Positions 53,454-63,039 of a DNA stretch of 64,000 nt are shown one piece after another (position 1 is the first letter of the stretch; each line of letters starts with the position of its first letter). This stretch comes from Planctomycetota bacterium (lineage in GTDB: Bacteria; Planctomycetota; B15-G4), in the NCBI GenBank assembly GCA_965248575.1, contig CBDFJQ010000002.1, positions 4,896,001-4,960,000 of the forward strand, in the 5' to 3' direction. The translations under genes were made by a program, and so were the position numbers. The notes beneath the pieces are model-generated. The model did no database searches. It was given only the letters and a program-made list of their open reading frames with translations, and had not been told where the DNA came from.

Positions 53454-54734
53454 GTGCTGCAAGTCTTGCCGACGATTGTTCGACCCGTGGCTCCGGCCGC
53501 CGAAACGAGTCCTGGGCGGGAGATGCTGGAGTCCGAGCGCTTCATCCTGAATCTCGGGCGTCTGCTGCACCGGCACGGCTTGCCTTCCGATCGGCTGGAG
53601 GAGGCACTCCTGGCCTGCTCCCGGCAGTTGGGCCTGGCCGCGCAGCTCTTCTGCACCCCGACCTCCCTCTTTGCGTCCTTCGAGGGGGAGTCGAACCCCT
53701 CGACTCATCTGCTGCGGGTCGAGCCGGGGGATGTCGACCTGGGTCGCTTGAGCGACCTCAGCGAGCTGATCGATGAGCTGCTGCGGGGCGACCTGGTGTT
53801 GGGCACTGCCGCTGCACGGCTTGAGGCCTTCGATCACCATCCTCCGAGGTGGGGGCGTTGGAGCAGGCTGCTTTCCTTTGGCGTGGCTTCGTCATCGGCG
53901 GCCTGCATCCTGGGTGGCTCGCTGGACGCTGCCGTCGTGGCATTGGGCTCAGGCACTCTGGTGGGTTGCCTGGCGATGTTGGCCGCCCGGCGTCCGGCGC
54001 TCGCCAGGGTATTCGAGCCGGTGGCGGCTGCCGCTGCGGCCGCGGTTGCTGTGTTGTTCAGCCCCGATGGGCGCGGCGAGTTGGCAACCCTGGCGTCGCT
54101 GATCGTCCTGGTGCCAGGCTTCGCGCTCACCGTCGGCATGAGCGAGTTGGCCATGCGCCACTTGTCGGCAGGTACGACACGCCTGGCAGGCGCACTCGGC
54201 TCGTTTCTGGGCATCGGTTTTGGAGTGGCGCTGGGCCGGGGTCTGGGAGGTGCCCTCTCATCGCTCAGCGATTGGCGTGAGCTCATGCCCATCGCCTTGC
54301 CGGCCATGGAGATGCCTGACGGGAGTCTCTGGCTTGCCCTGGTCTTGGCGCCGCTCTCGTTCACGGTCTTGTTCAGTGCGCGGCGTCGCGATGCGCCTTG
54401 GATTCTTGGCGCGGGCTGGTTGGCTTGGTTCGGAACCCAAGCCGGCGCTCTGCTGCTCGGCGCCCAACTCGCAGGATTCGTCGGCGCGCTGGCCGTGGGG
54501 GTGGGGAGCAATCTGCTCGCACGCCATTCGACGCGCCCAGCGCTCGTCACCTTGGTGCCCGGCATCCTCTTGCTCGTGCCCGGGAGTCTCGGTTTCCGCA
54601 GTGTGTCGTTCTTCTTGGGGCACGACACGTTGAGCGGTGTCGAGGCTGCTTTCGAAATGGGCTTGGCGGCCATCTCCATCGTGGCGGGCCTGTTGTTGGC
54701 CCATGCCTTGGTCCCTCCAAGGCGGGCGCTCTAG
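53454..54734 (+). CDS. Threonine/serine exporter (ThrE family, two-domain); start uncertain (GTG 53454 or ATG 53523)
   Basis: LGRLLHRHG, FCTPTS, VDLGRL, LIVLVPG..LT.GMSELA..H..AG..RL and ILLLVPGS; divergent from the Lrp gene. Confidence 0.88.
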   Translation: MLQVLPTIVRPVAPAAETSPGREMLESERFILNLGRLLHRHGLPSDRLEEALLACSRQLGLAAQLFCTPTSLFASFEGESNPSTHLLRVEPGDVDLGRLSDLSELIDELLRGDLVLGTAAARLEAFDHHPPRWGRWSRLLSFGVASSSAACILGGSLDAAVVALGSGTLVGCLAMLAARRPALARVFEPVAAAAAAAVAVLFSPDGRGELATLASLIVLVPGFALTVGMSELAMRHLSAGTTRLAGALGSFLGIGFGVALGRGLGGALSSLSDWRELMPIALPAMEMPDGSLWLALVLAPLSFTVLFSARRRDAPWILGAGWLAWFGTQAGALLLGAQLAGFVGALAVGVGSNLLARHSTRPALVTLVPGILLLVPGSLGFRSVSFFLGHDTLSGVEAAFEMGLAAISIVAGLLLAHALVPPRRAL

Positions 54735-54779
54735 CTAGCAAGCGGCGGTTCAGGCGCTCGCGCCCTCGGTGTCGAGCGT

Positions 54780-55511
54780 TCAAGCCAGGTCGAAGAGGAC
54801 GAGATCACTGTCTTCCTGGGCTTCGATCAGCACCAACTGGGCGCCTTCGATTCCAGCTCCATCACCCGCCTTCAGGGTGTGGCCTTCGAGTCGAACGCTG
54901 CCGCGACCGACATGCAGCCAGGCCCGGCGGCCTCCCAGCCCCAGGGTCTGGGTTGCGCCTGCCGCCAGCAGCCCCGCGAAGAGCCGCGCGTCCTGGCCGA
55001 TCGTCAGCGAGCCGTCGCGACCGTCGGCAGAGGCGACAAGCAGGAGCCCCTCAGGTTGTCCATCTTCGCGGAACCGCTTCTCTTCATAGTGCGGCTCTGT
55101 CTCTCGCTCACGAGGCAGCACCCACATCTGCAGCAGTTCCAGTTCTTGGTCTTCGGAGGCGTTGAACTCACTATGGGTGAGCCCGCTGCCGGCAGACATG
55201 AGTTGCACGTCTCCCGCTTGGATGATCGATGCGTGGCCCATGCTGTCCTGGTGGCGCAACCGCCCCCTCAGCACATAGGTCACGATCTCCATGTTCCGGT
55301 GGCCGTGGGTTCCGAAGCCCTGGCCGGGATGGACGAGGTCATGGTTCAGGACGCGCAGGTCGCTGAACTGATCCCACAGCGGGTCGCGGTAGTCCGCGAA
55401 GGAGAAGGTGTGATGGGCTTGAAGCCAGCCGTGATCGGCGTGGCCGCGCTCGTGGGCGAGCCGGAGTGTGATCCCGGGAGCCCCCACGGGTTTTTGGTCT
55501 GGCTGGTTCAT
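54780..55511 (-). CDS. Pirin family protein (YhhW-like)
   Basis: RGHADHGWL..HTFSFA, GFGTHGHRNMEIVTY, HQDSMG and MSAGSGLTHSE. Confidence 0.95.
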   Translation of the reverse strand: MNQPDQKPVGAPGITLRLAHERGHADHGWLQAHHTFSFADYRDPLWDQFSDLRVLNHDLVHPGQGFGTHGHRNMEIVTYVLRGRLRHQDSMGHASIIQAGDVQLMSAGSGLTHSEFNASEDQELELLQMWVLPRERETEPHYEEKRFREDGQPEGLLLVASADGRDGSLTIGQDARLFAGLLAAGATQTLGLGGRRAWLHVGRGSVRLEGHTLKAGDGAGIEGAQLVLIEAQEDSDLVLFDLA

Positions 55512-55702
55512 GGAGGTTACTTTGGGGCGAGGTGAGAGAACTTGGTGCGCTGAGGGGTGCTAGCTGGCCAGAGTTGGATGCGCCCGTTGCTGAGAAAGAC
55601 ACGCCCGGTCCGCAAAGCCCTGTCTCGGGATTTGATGTTGCCGCTTTCAGTCCTGGGAGATAGCACGGGGGTGTAGCGGGGGGGCTGGCGACAGATTTTC
55701 CT

Positions 55703-55728
55703 GAAACGCTTCCTCAGACGTCGGTGTC
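55703..55728 (+). promoter_or_regulatory. Candidate ECF-type promoter upstream of the ECF gene (possible autoregulation)
   Basis: GAAAC-N17-TGTC, ending about 10 nt before ATG 55739. Confidence 0.35.
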
Positions 55729-55738
55729 AATTAGTCGA

Positions 55739-58234
55739 ATGAGTCCGCCCGATCACGACGACCTCCGCTTCCCCTCGAGAGGGGGGACTTCCTCCGGCCA
55801 GGACTCCGGAGGCGATCTCCCTTCCTTGGAAAGCGGGTCGCTTGGCGACGAGCCCCTGGAGTCCGCCCTCGACGGCGACGAGCAGGACCACCTTCGGTTG
55901 GACGAGGTGCTCGAGCATAGGACTTGGATGAGGGGGCTGGCGCTTCAGCTGGCTCGCGATCCGGATCTCGCTGGGGATCTCGAGCAAGACACCTGGCTAA
56001 AGTTGCTGGGCAAACCGCCTCGCCGAGACGTGAACCTCAAGCCATGGATCACCACGGTGATGATGAACACCGCCCGAAATGGCTACCGGGGGCGGCAGCG
56101 GCGTTCCGTGCGAGAGCACGAGTGGTCTCGCACTCGCGACACGACCGAGCGCCCCGGGTTGGACCGGGAAGTCGTCGAGGACCTGTTGACGGCTCTCGGG
56201 CGCTTGGACGAGCGGTATCGCGACGTGCTGGTCTTGCGTTTCTACGGGCAGTTCAGCCCCAAGGAAATCGGGGCCCAAAAGGCCATCCCTGCGGCCACCG
56301 TGCGCACGCAATTGAGGCGCGCTCTCCAGCAGATGCGAGACGAGCTCGACAGGCGGTATGGGGAGGACCATTCACTCTGGGGTGCCGGGCTTGCAGTCTG
56401 GGCCGTGCGAGGCACGGACTTGCCAGCGGGCCTGGCGACCGATGTGGCGACCCAGGTTCCTGCTACCGGTGTGGGCCCCGTCGCCAGCGTGAGCCCCGTC
56501 GTCGGTTTGACCGGGCTCGGGCTGTGGTGGCCCCTCGCGGCCGTGCTGCTGACGGGGTGTGCGTTGTTCTGGGTCCCCGCCTGGCTCAATGCCGAGTCGG
56601 GTCGAGAGCGCAGCGAAGGGGTGCCTCACACGGCGCTGTCTGAAGGGGCGGCGGCAGTTCCAGACGGGCAGGGCGGCGACCTGGACCGGGAAGGCGCCGC
56701 GACGTGGCTTCCCGACGCGCGGCGCGAATTGGTGGGCTCGCTCGTTGTCCCCGCCCCCGACAAGACGCCTTCGGCTGCGTCTCTGGAGACGGCGCCCGTT
56801 CCGATGCTGAGGGTGCACGCGGTGGACGCTGAGTCCGGAGCTCCCATCGCCGGTGCGGTGTTGCTCCCTGCGCCCCCCACGGATCGCTACGCCCTGACCT
56901 CGGAGCAGGTCTCCGATCGAACACGATTCACGGGGGCTCCGATTCTCATCCCTGAGGGGCAACTCGAACCCTTCGCGCTGAGTGAACTTTCCTCATTGGT
57001 CGATGTGCACATCGGGGCACCGGGCTACGAGTGGTCGTTCGCCCGATTCAGGGTGGACGACGTGGGCGATCGCACCGAAGAGCTGAAAGCGGGTGCTGAG
57101 CTGGCCGTTGAGCTGACGGTCCCCGCGGAAGCCAACGGATTGCAGCTGCGCGTCAAGAACATGGCCGGGAACATGTTGCGAGTGAGTGAGGTGGTGGGGG
57201 GCGACACCCCCTTGCGAGTCAGTTGGCCCGGCCTGCCGGCCGCTGCGCTCGACCTCGAATTGGTTTGCGTCCACCGGCCTCCCACCGTGCTGGATCGATG
57301 GTCCACGCGTCTCAGCCCGGGGGATGTCCGGGAGCTGACCCTGCACTCCGCGGCGGGTGAAGCAGGCATTCCCCGCCTTGAGCTCTACGGCACGCTCATC
57401 TTGCCGGTCGGGGAGATGGCCAATCCGGAGATACGAGTTGAAGCCTTCGGAGAGCTGCCGAGACATCTCAGCCGGAGAAAGGGGAGCGCACTGAGACACA
57501 TGGCTGTTCTCACCGAACCCGAAGCCCTGCCCGATGGGCGTCGTCTCTACCGCTGGACCGTCGGGGAACAGCCTGTGGGTGAGTATGGGGTCGCGGTGAA
57601 GCCCTTCAGCTTGGTGAACCATGTCCATCTGGCGCCCGAGAGGCCACAGGGTTTTGAGATCGTCGTTCCGCCCCGCGAGGCATTGCGCGTGTCGCTGGTG
57701 GAGGCCACAACGGGAGCGTCTGTCGAGGGGGATCGACTCGCCTGGTTTCCGGCCGCACAGTTCACCTTCGATCGACGCTTGGGAACGACGAAGGTTCGTC
57801 GGGACGTCGCGGCCGAGTTCTTTGAGATTGCCGTCACGCCGGGCGCGTTCGTGTTCGTGGCCCAGCGCGAGCACACGTCCACGCAGCGCGGATACTACGG
57901 CTGGGTCGAGCTGGAGATCGAGCCTGGTCAGCGCGAACTCCTGGTCCCGGTGCAGAAGGTCAGCCGAGTGGATGTCACGGTGAGCGACCAGGGTGAGCTG
58001 AGGCCGTTCGAAGTCCGCAGCGGCCATCTACTGGAGATCGAACGGGTGGACGGCGTGGACTTCTGGCTGAGGGATTCCCTGGACCGCAGCAGCAGCTTCG
58101 ACGTTGCGATGCCTGGTCTGTACGAGCTCAGCTTCGGAGACCTCGACGGGTATGCACCCGTCGTTCCGTTGCTGGTCGAGATCCAAGAGGGTGTGGACCA
58201 GCAGCTCGTGATCGAGCTCTTGAGGAACAACTAG
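55739..58234 (+). CDS. ECF sigma-70 factor with very long C-terminal extension (TM + beta-rich extracytoplasmic domains)
   Basis: WMRGLALQLARDPDLAGDLEQDTW (region 2), LDERYRDVLVLRFY and ATVRTQLRRAL (region 4); TM LWWPLAAVLLTGCALFWV; VHAVDAESGAPIAGA carboxypeptidase-regulatory-like start. Confidence 0.85.
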   Translation: MSPPDHDDLRFPSRGGTSSGQDSGGDLPSLESGSLGDEPLESALDGDEQDHLRLDEVLEHRTWMRGLALQLARDPDLAGDLEQDTWLKLLGKPPRRDVNLKPWITTVMMNTARNGYRGRQRRSVREHEWSRTRDTTERPGLDREVVEDLLTALGRLDERYRDVLVLRFYGQFSPKEIGAQKAIPAATVRTQLRRALQQMRDELDRRYGEDHSLWGAGLAVWAVRGTDLPAGLATDVATQVPATGVGPVASVSPVVGLTGLGLWWPLAAVLLTGCALFWVPAWLNAESGRERSEGVPHTALSEGAAAVPDGQGGDLDREGAATWLPDARRELVGSLVVPAPDKTPSAASLETAPVPMLRVHAVDAESGAPIAGAVLLPAPPTDRYALTSEQVSDRTRFTGAPILIPEGQLEPFALSELSSLVDVHIGAPGYEWSFARFRVDDVGDRTEELKAGAELAVELTVPAEANGLQLRVKNMAGNMLRVSEVVGGDTPLRVSWPGLPAAALDLELVCVHRPPTVLDRWSTRLSPGDVRELTLHSAAGEAGIPRLELYGTLILPVGEMANPEIRVEAFGELPRHLSRRKGSALRHMAVLTEPEALPDGRRLYRWTVGEQPVGEYGVAVKPFSLVNHVHLAPERPQGFEIVVPPREALRVSLVEATTGASVEGDRLAWFPAAQFTFDRRLGTTKVRRDVAAEFFEIAVTPGAFVFVAQREHTSTQRGYYGWVELEIEPGQRELLVPVQKVSRVDVTVSDQGELRPFEVRSGHLLEIERVDGVDFWLRDSLDRSSSFDVAMPGLYELSFGDLDGYAPVVPLLVEIQEGVDQQLVIELLRNN

Positions 58235-58317
58235 CGCGCTGGGCCGAATGGCCGGGCTGGTTTCTCCCGCACAAGATCGTGCGAAAGTCACCTGATGGCT
58301 GGGCCGATGGGGTGCCC

Positions 58318-58788
58318 ATGCATGCATTCCGTGACACTCGCGGCTTCACCTTGGTGGAGCTGCTGATCGTCGTCGTCGTGCTCGGCATCCTGGCGGCCAT
58401 GGCGATCCCATCGCTCGGCGACATCACCACGGATGCAAAGCGCTCGGCCTTCGCTAGCGACCTGCGCATCCTGGCCGAGTCGGCCAATCGCTACAACGTC
58501 CAGAACAACCAGCACCTACCTGACACGAGTTCTGGCGTCTGGCCGTCTGAGTGGGCGGGGTCCATTCCGCAGAACCAGTTCGAGGCGCAGACACCGCTGG
58601 GCGGGGTCTGGGACATCGAGCTCAACAGCTTTGGTGTCGTGGCCGCAATCGGCGCGCACTTTGGCGCAGACATTCCCAGCGATGCAGATCTCAGCGCCGT
58701 TGACGCCATCATGGATGATGGCAACCTCGGAACGGGCGTCGTGCGCAAGCTCGCTGCAGACCGCTTCTACTACGTGCTCGAAGAGTAG
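58318..58788 (+). CDS. Type IV pilin / type II secretion pseudopilin-like protein
   Basis: RG|FTLVELLIVVVVLGILAAMAIP prepilin cleavage/methylation motif. Confidence 0.9.
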   Translation: MHAFRDTRGFTLVELLIVVVVLGILAAMAIPSLGDITTDAKRSAFASDLRILAESANRYNVQNNQHLPDTSSGVWPSEWAGSIPQNQFEAQTPLGGVWDIELNSFGVVAAIGAHFGADIPSDADLSAVDAIMDDGNLGTGVVRKLAADRFYYVLEE

Positions 58789-58867
58789 GCGGCGCCAGTG
58801 TCCTTGCTCAAGGTCGCCAGCTCAGGCTGAGCCCGGGGTCAGCTCCGCCGTGCTGATCGGGGATGGC

Positions 58868-59767
58868 TCAGTCGATGACCCCGGTGGCGGCGCGGCTCCA
58901 GCGGGTCAGGACCTCGTGAGCCCCCTCCCTGGTGGTGACGAAATCGACTCGCGCGAGAAAGTCATCGAACGGGATGCGGATGCGCATTTCGTCGTGCTCG
59001 GTGAGGGGGTCATCAATCTCCCAGGGGTCGATGACCTCCACCCAGAGCACCTCCTTGTCGGAGAAGCCCAGGCGCGCCGACGTTTCATCGAGAGTCTCCA
59101 TGTCGTCGTCCAGGTCGCGCTTGGCTGCGAAGAGGTCTGCGAAGAAGTCCGTCACCCACTCCAATTGCTTGGGGGCGACGATCCACTCCGTGAACTCAGC
59201 ACCCACCAGGACGACCAGGTGCCCTTCGGTGGCGTCGGGAGCTTCCCGCAGCCCGACGACGGCTGGGTTGCCCGCCTTGAGATCCGTGAGTGGCACGCTC
59301 TTCTTAGGGAGATAGCTGTCCAGGACGTGCTCGATGCCCACGGATTCGTCGACGTCGACGCTGACGTCGCCCGGGAGGTCGTCGTCGGCAAGGCGTTCAC
59401 CGAGCCTACTCAGCTCCTCGTCGAGTTGATCGGCCAGGCCCTGCCAGATGGCGTCGAAGCCCACCACCTCGGTGCCGGGGCTGAGGGCCTTGTAGATCTC
59501 GTAGCGCGTGGCAGCCGCGACCTTCGGAGAGCCGTCCTCCCCGTGGCCATGGATACGCGCCGCGATCTCCTCCTGGGCGGTCGGGGTGCCGTCGTAGGAC
59601 AGGATCATCTCCGCGCACGCAGCCCAACACCAGACTTCCTGACGCTGGCTCGTCTTCACGGAGGCGAAGTTCTGTAGCTGGACCGACTGCGAGGACTGCA
59701 GCAACGAACAGGAGGTGAAGGCTGCCAGCAAGAGGCAAGCCGACAAGCGTCTGACAAGGATGCTCAT
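58868..59767 (-). CDS. Papain-like (C39/C70-like) cysteine peptidase lipoprotein
   Basis: Lipobox FTSC; QRQEVWCWAAC, GHLVVLVG and VIDPW give a Cys-His-Asp triad. Start ATG 59767. Confidence 0.7.
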   Translation of the reverse strand: MSILVRRLSACLLLAAFTSCSLLQSSQSVQLQNFASVKTSQRQEVWCWAACAEMILSYDGTPTAQEEIAARIHGHGEDGSPKVAAATRYEIYKALSPGTEVVGFDAIWQGLADQLDEELSRLGERLADDDLPGDVSVDVDESVGIEHVLDSYLPKKSVPLTDLKAGNPAVVGLREAPDATEGHLVVLVGAEFTEWIVAPKQLEWVTDFFADLFAAKRDLDDDMETLDETSARLGFSDKEVLWVEVIDPWEIDDPLTEHDEMRIRIPFDDFLARVDFVTTREGAHEVLTRWSRAATGVID

Positions 59768-60010
59768 GGGTGATGTCTGCGCGGATGCGATCCGCTGCGC
59801 TCCGTGGTTCCTGGTTCGGTCGGTCGAGAGGCTCGAGCTCCCCACCATCCAGCGCGCCGCCTGGGCGGGAATGACCCCGATTGGCTGCCGCGTGGCTCTC
59901 GGTTGAGACGATACGAAGATGTCCAAGTTGGCGCAAAGTGGCGGGAGCTTCCGCACTTGCCTTGCTGCTAACATCGCGCGATTGTCCCGAGCCCCGGTCA
60001 ATGACTCTTC

Positions 60011-61603
60011 ATGCCTGCCCCCACGCCTGACCTCGCCCAGCAGATCGCCCGGCGGCGCACCTTCGCCATCATTTCTCACCCGGATGCTGGCAAGACCACG
60101 CTGACCGAGAAGCTCCTGCTCTACTCGGGGATGATCCGTACAGCCGGCATGGTCAAGAACCGCAAGGGGCGAGCAGCCACCAGCGATTGGATGGGCATGG
60201 AACGGGAGCGCGGGATCTCCGTGACCTCGAGCGCGATGCAGTTCCCGTACAAGGGTTCCATCATCAATGTGCTCGACACGCCTGGTCACGAAGACTTCAG
60301 CGAGGACACCTACCGGACGCTGATCGCTGCAGACTCCGCCATCATGGTGCTGGACGCGGGCAAGGGCGTCGAGAAGCAGACGCGCAAGCTGTTCGAGGTT
60401 TGCAAGCTGCGCGGCATCCCCGTCTTGACGTTCATCAACAAGCTCGACATGCCTGGGCGGGATCCCCTGGAGTTGTTGACCGAGGTGGAGAACGCCCTGG
60501 GGATCCAGGCCTGTGCCTTCAATTGGCCTGTCGGCTCCGGGAAGGAGTTCGCCGGGGTGGTGGATCGGCGCAGCCAGGAGTTCTTGCTGTTTGAGAAGGC
60601 CTCTGCTGGTGGCGCAAGCGAATCGCTGCTGGAACGGATCCCGTTCGACGACCCCCGGGTGGAAGAGCGGCTGGGCGCGGAGGTGGCGGAGCGCGTCCGC
60701 TCCGAGGTGGAGTTGTTGGAGATCGCGGGGAACGAGTACAGCGATGAGGCTTTCCTCGCCGGGGATGTGACGCCTACCTTCTTTGGCTCGGCGCTCACCA
60801 ACTTCGGGCTCGAGCCCTTCTTCGATGCCTTCGTGGAGCTGGCCCCTCCGCCGGGCGCGCGTCTCGTCGATCTCCCGGACGGCAGCGAGCAGGGGCGCGA
60901 CCCTCACGCGCCGTTCAGTGCGTTCGTGTTCAAGATCCAGGCCAACATGGATCGTCGGCACCGGGACTGCATCGCGTTCATGCGCATCTGCTCCGGGCGC
61001 TATGAGCCTGAGACGCTCGTGAAGCACCACCGACTTGGCAAGCCGGTTCGGCTCGCGCGGCCCCACAGCATCGTGGCCCAGGAGCGGACGACCCTCGATG
61101 AGGCTTTCCCCGGTGACATCATCGGCTTGATCAGCCGTGACACCTTCCAGATCGGGGACACCATCTCCATGGACGGGGGCTTCGAACACAAGGCCTTGCC
61201 GCAGTTCCAACCGGAGTTGTTTGCGCGCATTGAGCCCACGGCTACGAGCCTTCGCAAGCGCTTCGACAAGGGCATGAAGAACCTCATCGCCGAAGGAGCG
61301 GTGCAGTTGTTCTGGCCGGAGAACAACCCCAACGAAGCCCTGAGTGGCGCGGTGGGGAGGCTGCAGTTTGAAGTGCTGCAGTACAGGCTCGAGGATGAGT
61401 ACGGCGTGCCCACGACCCTGCAGAACATGCCGTATGTCTGCAGCTCCTGGTTGAAGGGTGATCGCGAGACCTTTGATCCGCCGACCACGGCGCTCATGGC
61501 GCGCGACATCCGGGACCGCCCGGTGGTGCTCTTCCGCAGCGAGTGGGACAAGCAGGCTGCGGGCAGGAAGAACCCGGACCACGAGTTGCTCGACATGGCC
61601 TGA
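60011..61603 (+). CDS. prfC: Peptide chain release factor 3
   Basis: RRTFAIISHPDAGKTTLTEKLL, SDWM.ME.ERGISV, DTPGHEDFSEDTYR, FKIQANMD and AVG.LQFEV. Confidence 0.97.
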   Translation: MPAPTPDLAQQIARRRTFAIISHPDAGKTTLTEKLLLYSGMIRTAGMVKNRKGRAATSDWMGMERERGISVTSSAMQFPYKGSIINVLDTPGHEDFSEDTYRTLIAADSAIMVLDAGKGVEKQTRKLFEVCKLRGIPVLTFINKLDMPGRDPLELLTEVENALGIQACAFNWPVGSGKEFAGVVDRRSQEFLLFEKASAGGASESLLERIPFDDPRVEERLGAEVAERVRSEVELLEIAGNEYSDEAFLAGDVTPTFFGSALTNFGLEPFFDAFVELAPPPGARLVDLPDGSEQGRDPHAPFSAFVFKIQANMDRRHRDCIAFMRICSGRYEPETLVKHHRLGKPVRLARPHSIVAQERTTLDEAFPGDIIGLISRDTFQIGDTISMDGGFEHKALPQFQPELFARIEPTATSLRKRFDKGMKNLIAEGAVQLFWPENNPNEALSGAVGRLQFEVLQYRLEDEYGVPTTLQNMPYVCSSWLKGDRETFDPPTTALMARDIRDRPVVLFRSEWDKQAAGRKNPDHELLDMA

Positions 61604-61630
61604 GGGGGCCGAAGGCTGCGCGTCAGATGC

Positions 61631-62977
61631 TTAGGCCTTCAGGTTGGCGAGGACGGGGCGGCTCCGCCACCACAGCCAGCTTGTCTGCGCCACGCCAGCC
61701 AGCACGAAGCTGCCGATGGCCCAGTGGATGCCTGCGGCGCCCTGCCAGTGGATGCCCACCTGAAGCAGGCTGATGCTGAGCAGGAAGTAGAGCGCGACCG
61801 CCTCGGTGATGGGGCGCGTTTGCCGCGATCCGACCAGGGCGCCTTGATACCAGCTCTGCAGAACGGCGTAGCCAGGCATGGGGATGGCCAAGGCGATGGC
61901 CACGGTGCTCAAGGCGACCAGCTCCGCGGGGAGGTTGGAGAAGGTGGCGAACCACAACTCGGCCAGCGGGGTCGTTGCCAGGGCAGCCAGGACCAACATG
62001 GTGCCGCCGGTCAACCATTTCTGGAACGTGCGCAGGGCTGCCGAACTACCCGGCCTGCCCAGCAGGGTCACCACCACTTCGTTGTAAGCCATGCCGGCGC
62101 TGCGCGTGATGAACACGAGGCCGTGGACGGCGGGCCAGGCCGCCAGCGAATCCAGTGCGTTGGGCATGCGATTCATGGCCGCTGCACCGATGGGCTGGAT
62201 CATCAGGGTGATGACGGGCGTGAGCGCGAGCGGCACATAGAACTTCAGGAAGCTGGCCAAAGTGAGCGGGGTGCCCTCAGGCTTCGCCGGGAAGACCTGC
62301 TTGCGCAGGACGGGACGGACCCGCCAGCCGATGTAGGTCGCTTCGCTCACGACACCGACCGCGATGGCCGTGGCGCCCACGACGATGCCCGGCAGCCCCA
62401 GCTGGTAGCCGACCGTCAAGCTGCTGGCGTTTGCGGCCAGGCGAACCAGTGTGCCCAAGCTGACTTCGCGGCTGTGCTCGTGCCGGATCATCACACCCTG
62501 GTGAAAGCGCCTGTAGGCGATGGACCACGTCCAGGGCGTCATGATCTGCAGACCCAGGCGGCCGGGTTCCAGGATCGCCTCGGGTGCGCCCATGATGTCC
62601 ACCGCGACCAGCTCGTAGAGCGGGGTGAAGGCGATGGCCATGTGCAGCAGGGTGAGGAGAGCGCTGGCCGCCATCATGAAGCGGTGCACCTGCCGGTAGG
62701 CCCGCTCGTGGGTGCAGAGGGCGGTGCTGGCCGCCAGCAGCATGATGATGGGACCTTCCACCACGAGCGAGACGGGGAAGACGATGGACCCGTAGGCCGC
62801 CAGGTGGACCTTGGCGTCCGGAAGCCTGGCGACAACGGCCGTGAGCATGGGCAGCTCCACAGCCATCAGGGCCCAGCTTGCGGCGAGCGGTGCCCACAGG
62901 CGCACCACCCGGGACACAGGCATGGGTGCTGCAGTCGAGGACTCTGTGCTTTGGCTCGGCGAAGACAAGCCAGGCAT
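61631..62977 (-). CDS. MATE/MOP-superfamily (ANKH-like) multi-pass membrane transporter; start uncertain
   Basis: About 12 TM with internal repeat (LWAPLAASW / FYVPLALT; RRFHQGVM / QSWYQGAL). Confidence 0.7.
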   Translation of the reverse strand: MPGLSSPSQSTESSTAAPMPVSRVVRLWAPLAASWALMAVELPMLTAVVARLPDAKVHLAAYGSIVFPVSLVVEGPIIMLLAASTALCTHERAYRQVHRFMMAASALLTLLHMAIAFTPLYELVAVDIMGAPEAILEPGRLGLQIMTPWTWSIAYRRFHQGVMIRHEHSREVSLGTLVRLAANASSLTVGYQLGLPGIVVGATAIAVGVVSEATYIGWRVRPVLRKQVFPAKPEGTPLTLASFLKFYVPLALTPVITLMIQPIGAAAMNRMPNALDSLAAWPAVHGLVFITRSAGMAYNEVVVTLLGRPGSSAALRTFQKWLTGGTMLVLAALATTPLAELWFATFSNLPAELVALSTVAIALAIPMPGYAVLQSWYQGALVGSRQTRPITEAVALYFLLSISLLQVGIHWQGAAGIHWAIGSFVLAGVAQTSWLWWRSRPVLANLKA

Positions 62978-63039
62978 CCTCGTGTCCGGGCGCACTGAGG
63001 TCCAGGGCCGTGTCCGGGCTGGAAGTGATTGCCGCGGGG

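Noticed and set aside
59768..61582. N-terminal ~600 aa of the 904-aa minus-strand ORF
   Set aside because: Antisense to prfC; the real gene starts at ATG 59767 with a lipoprotein signal.
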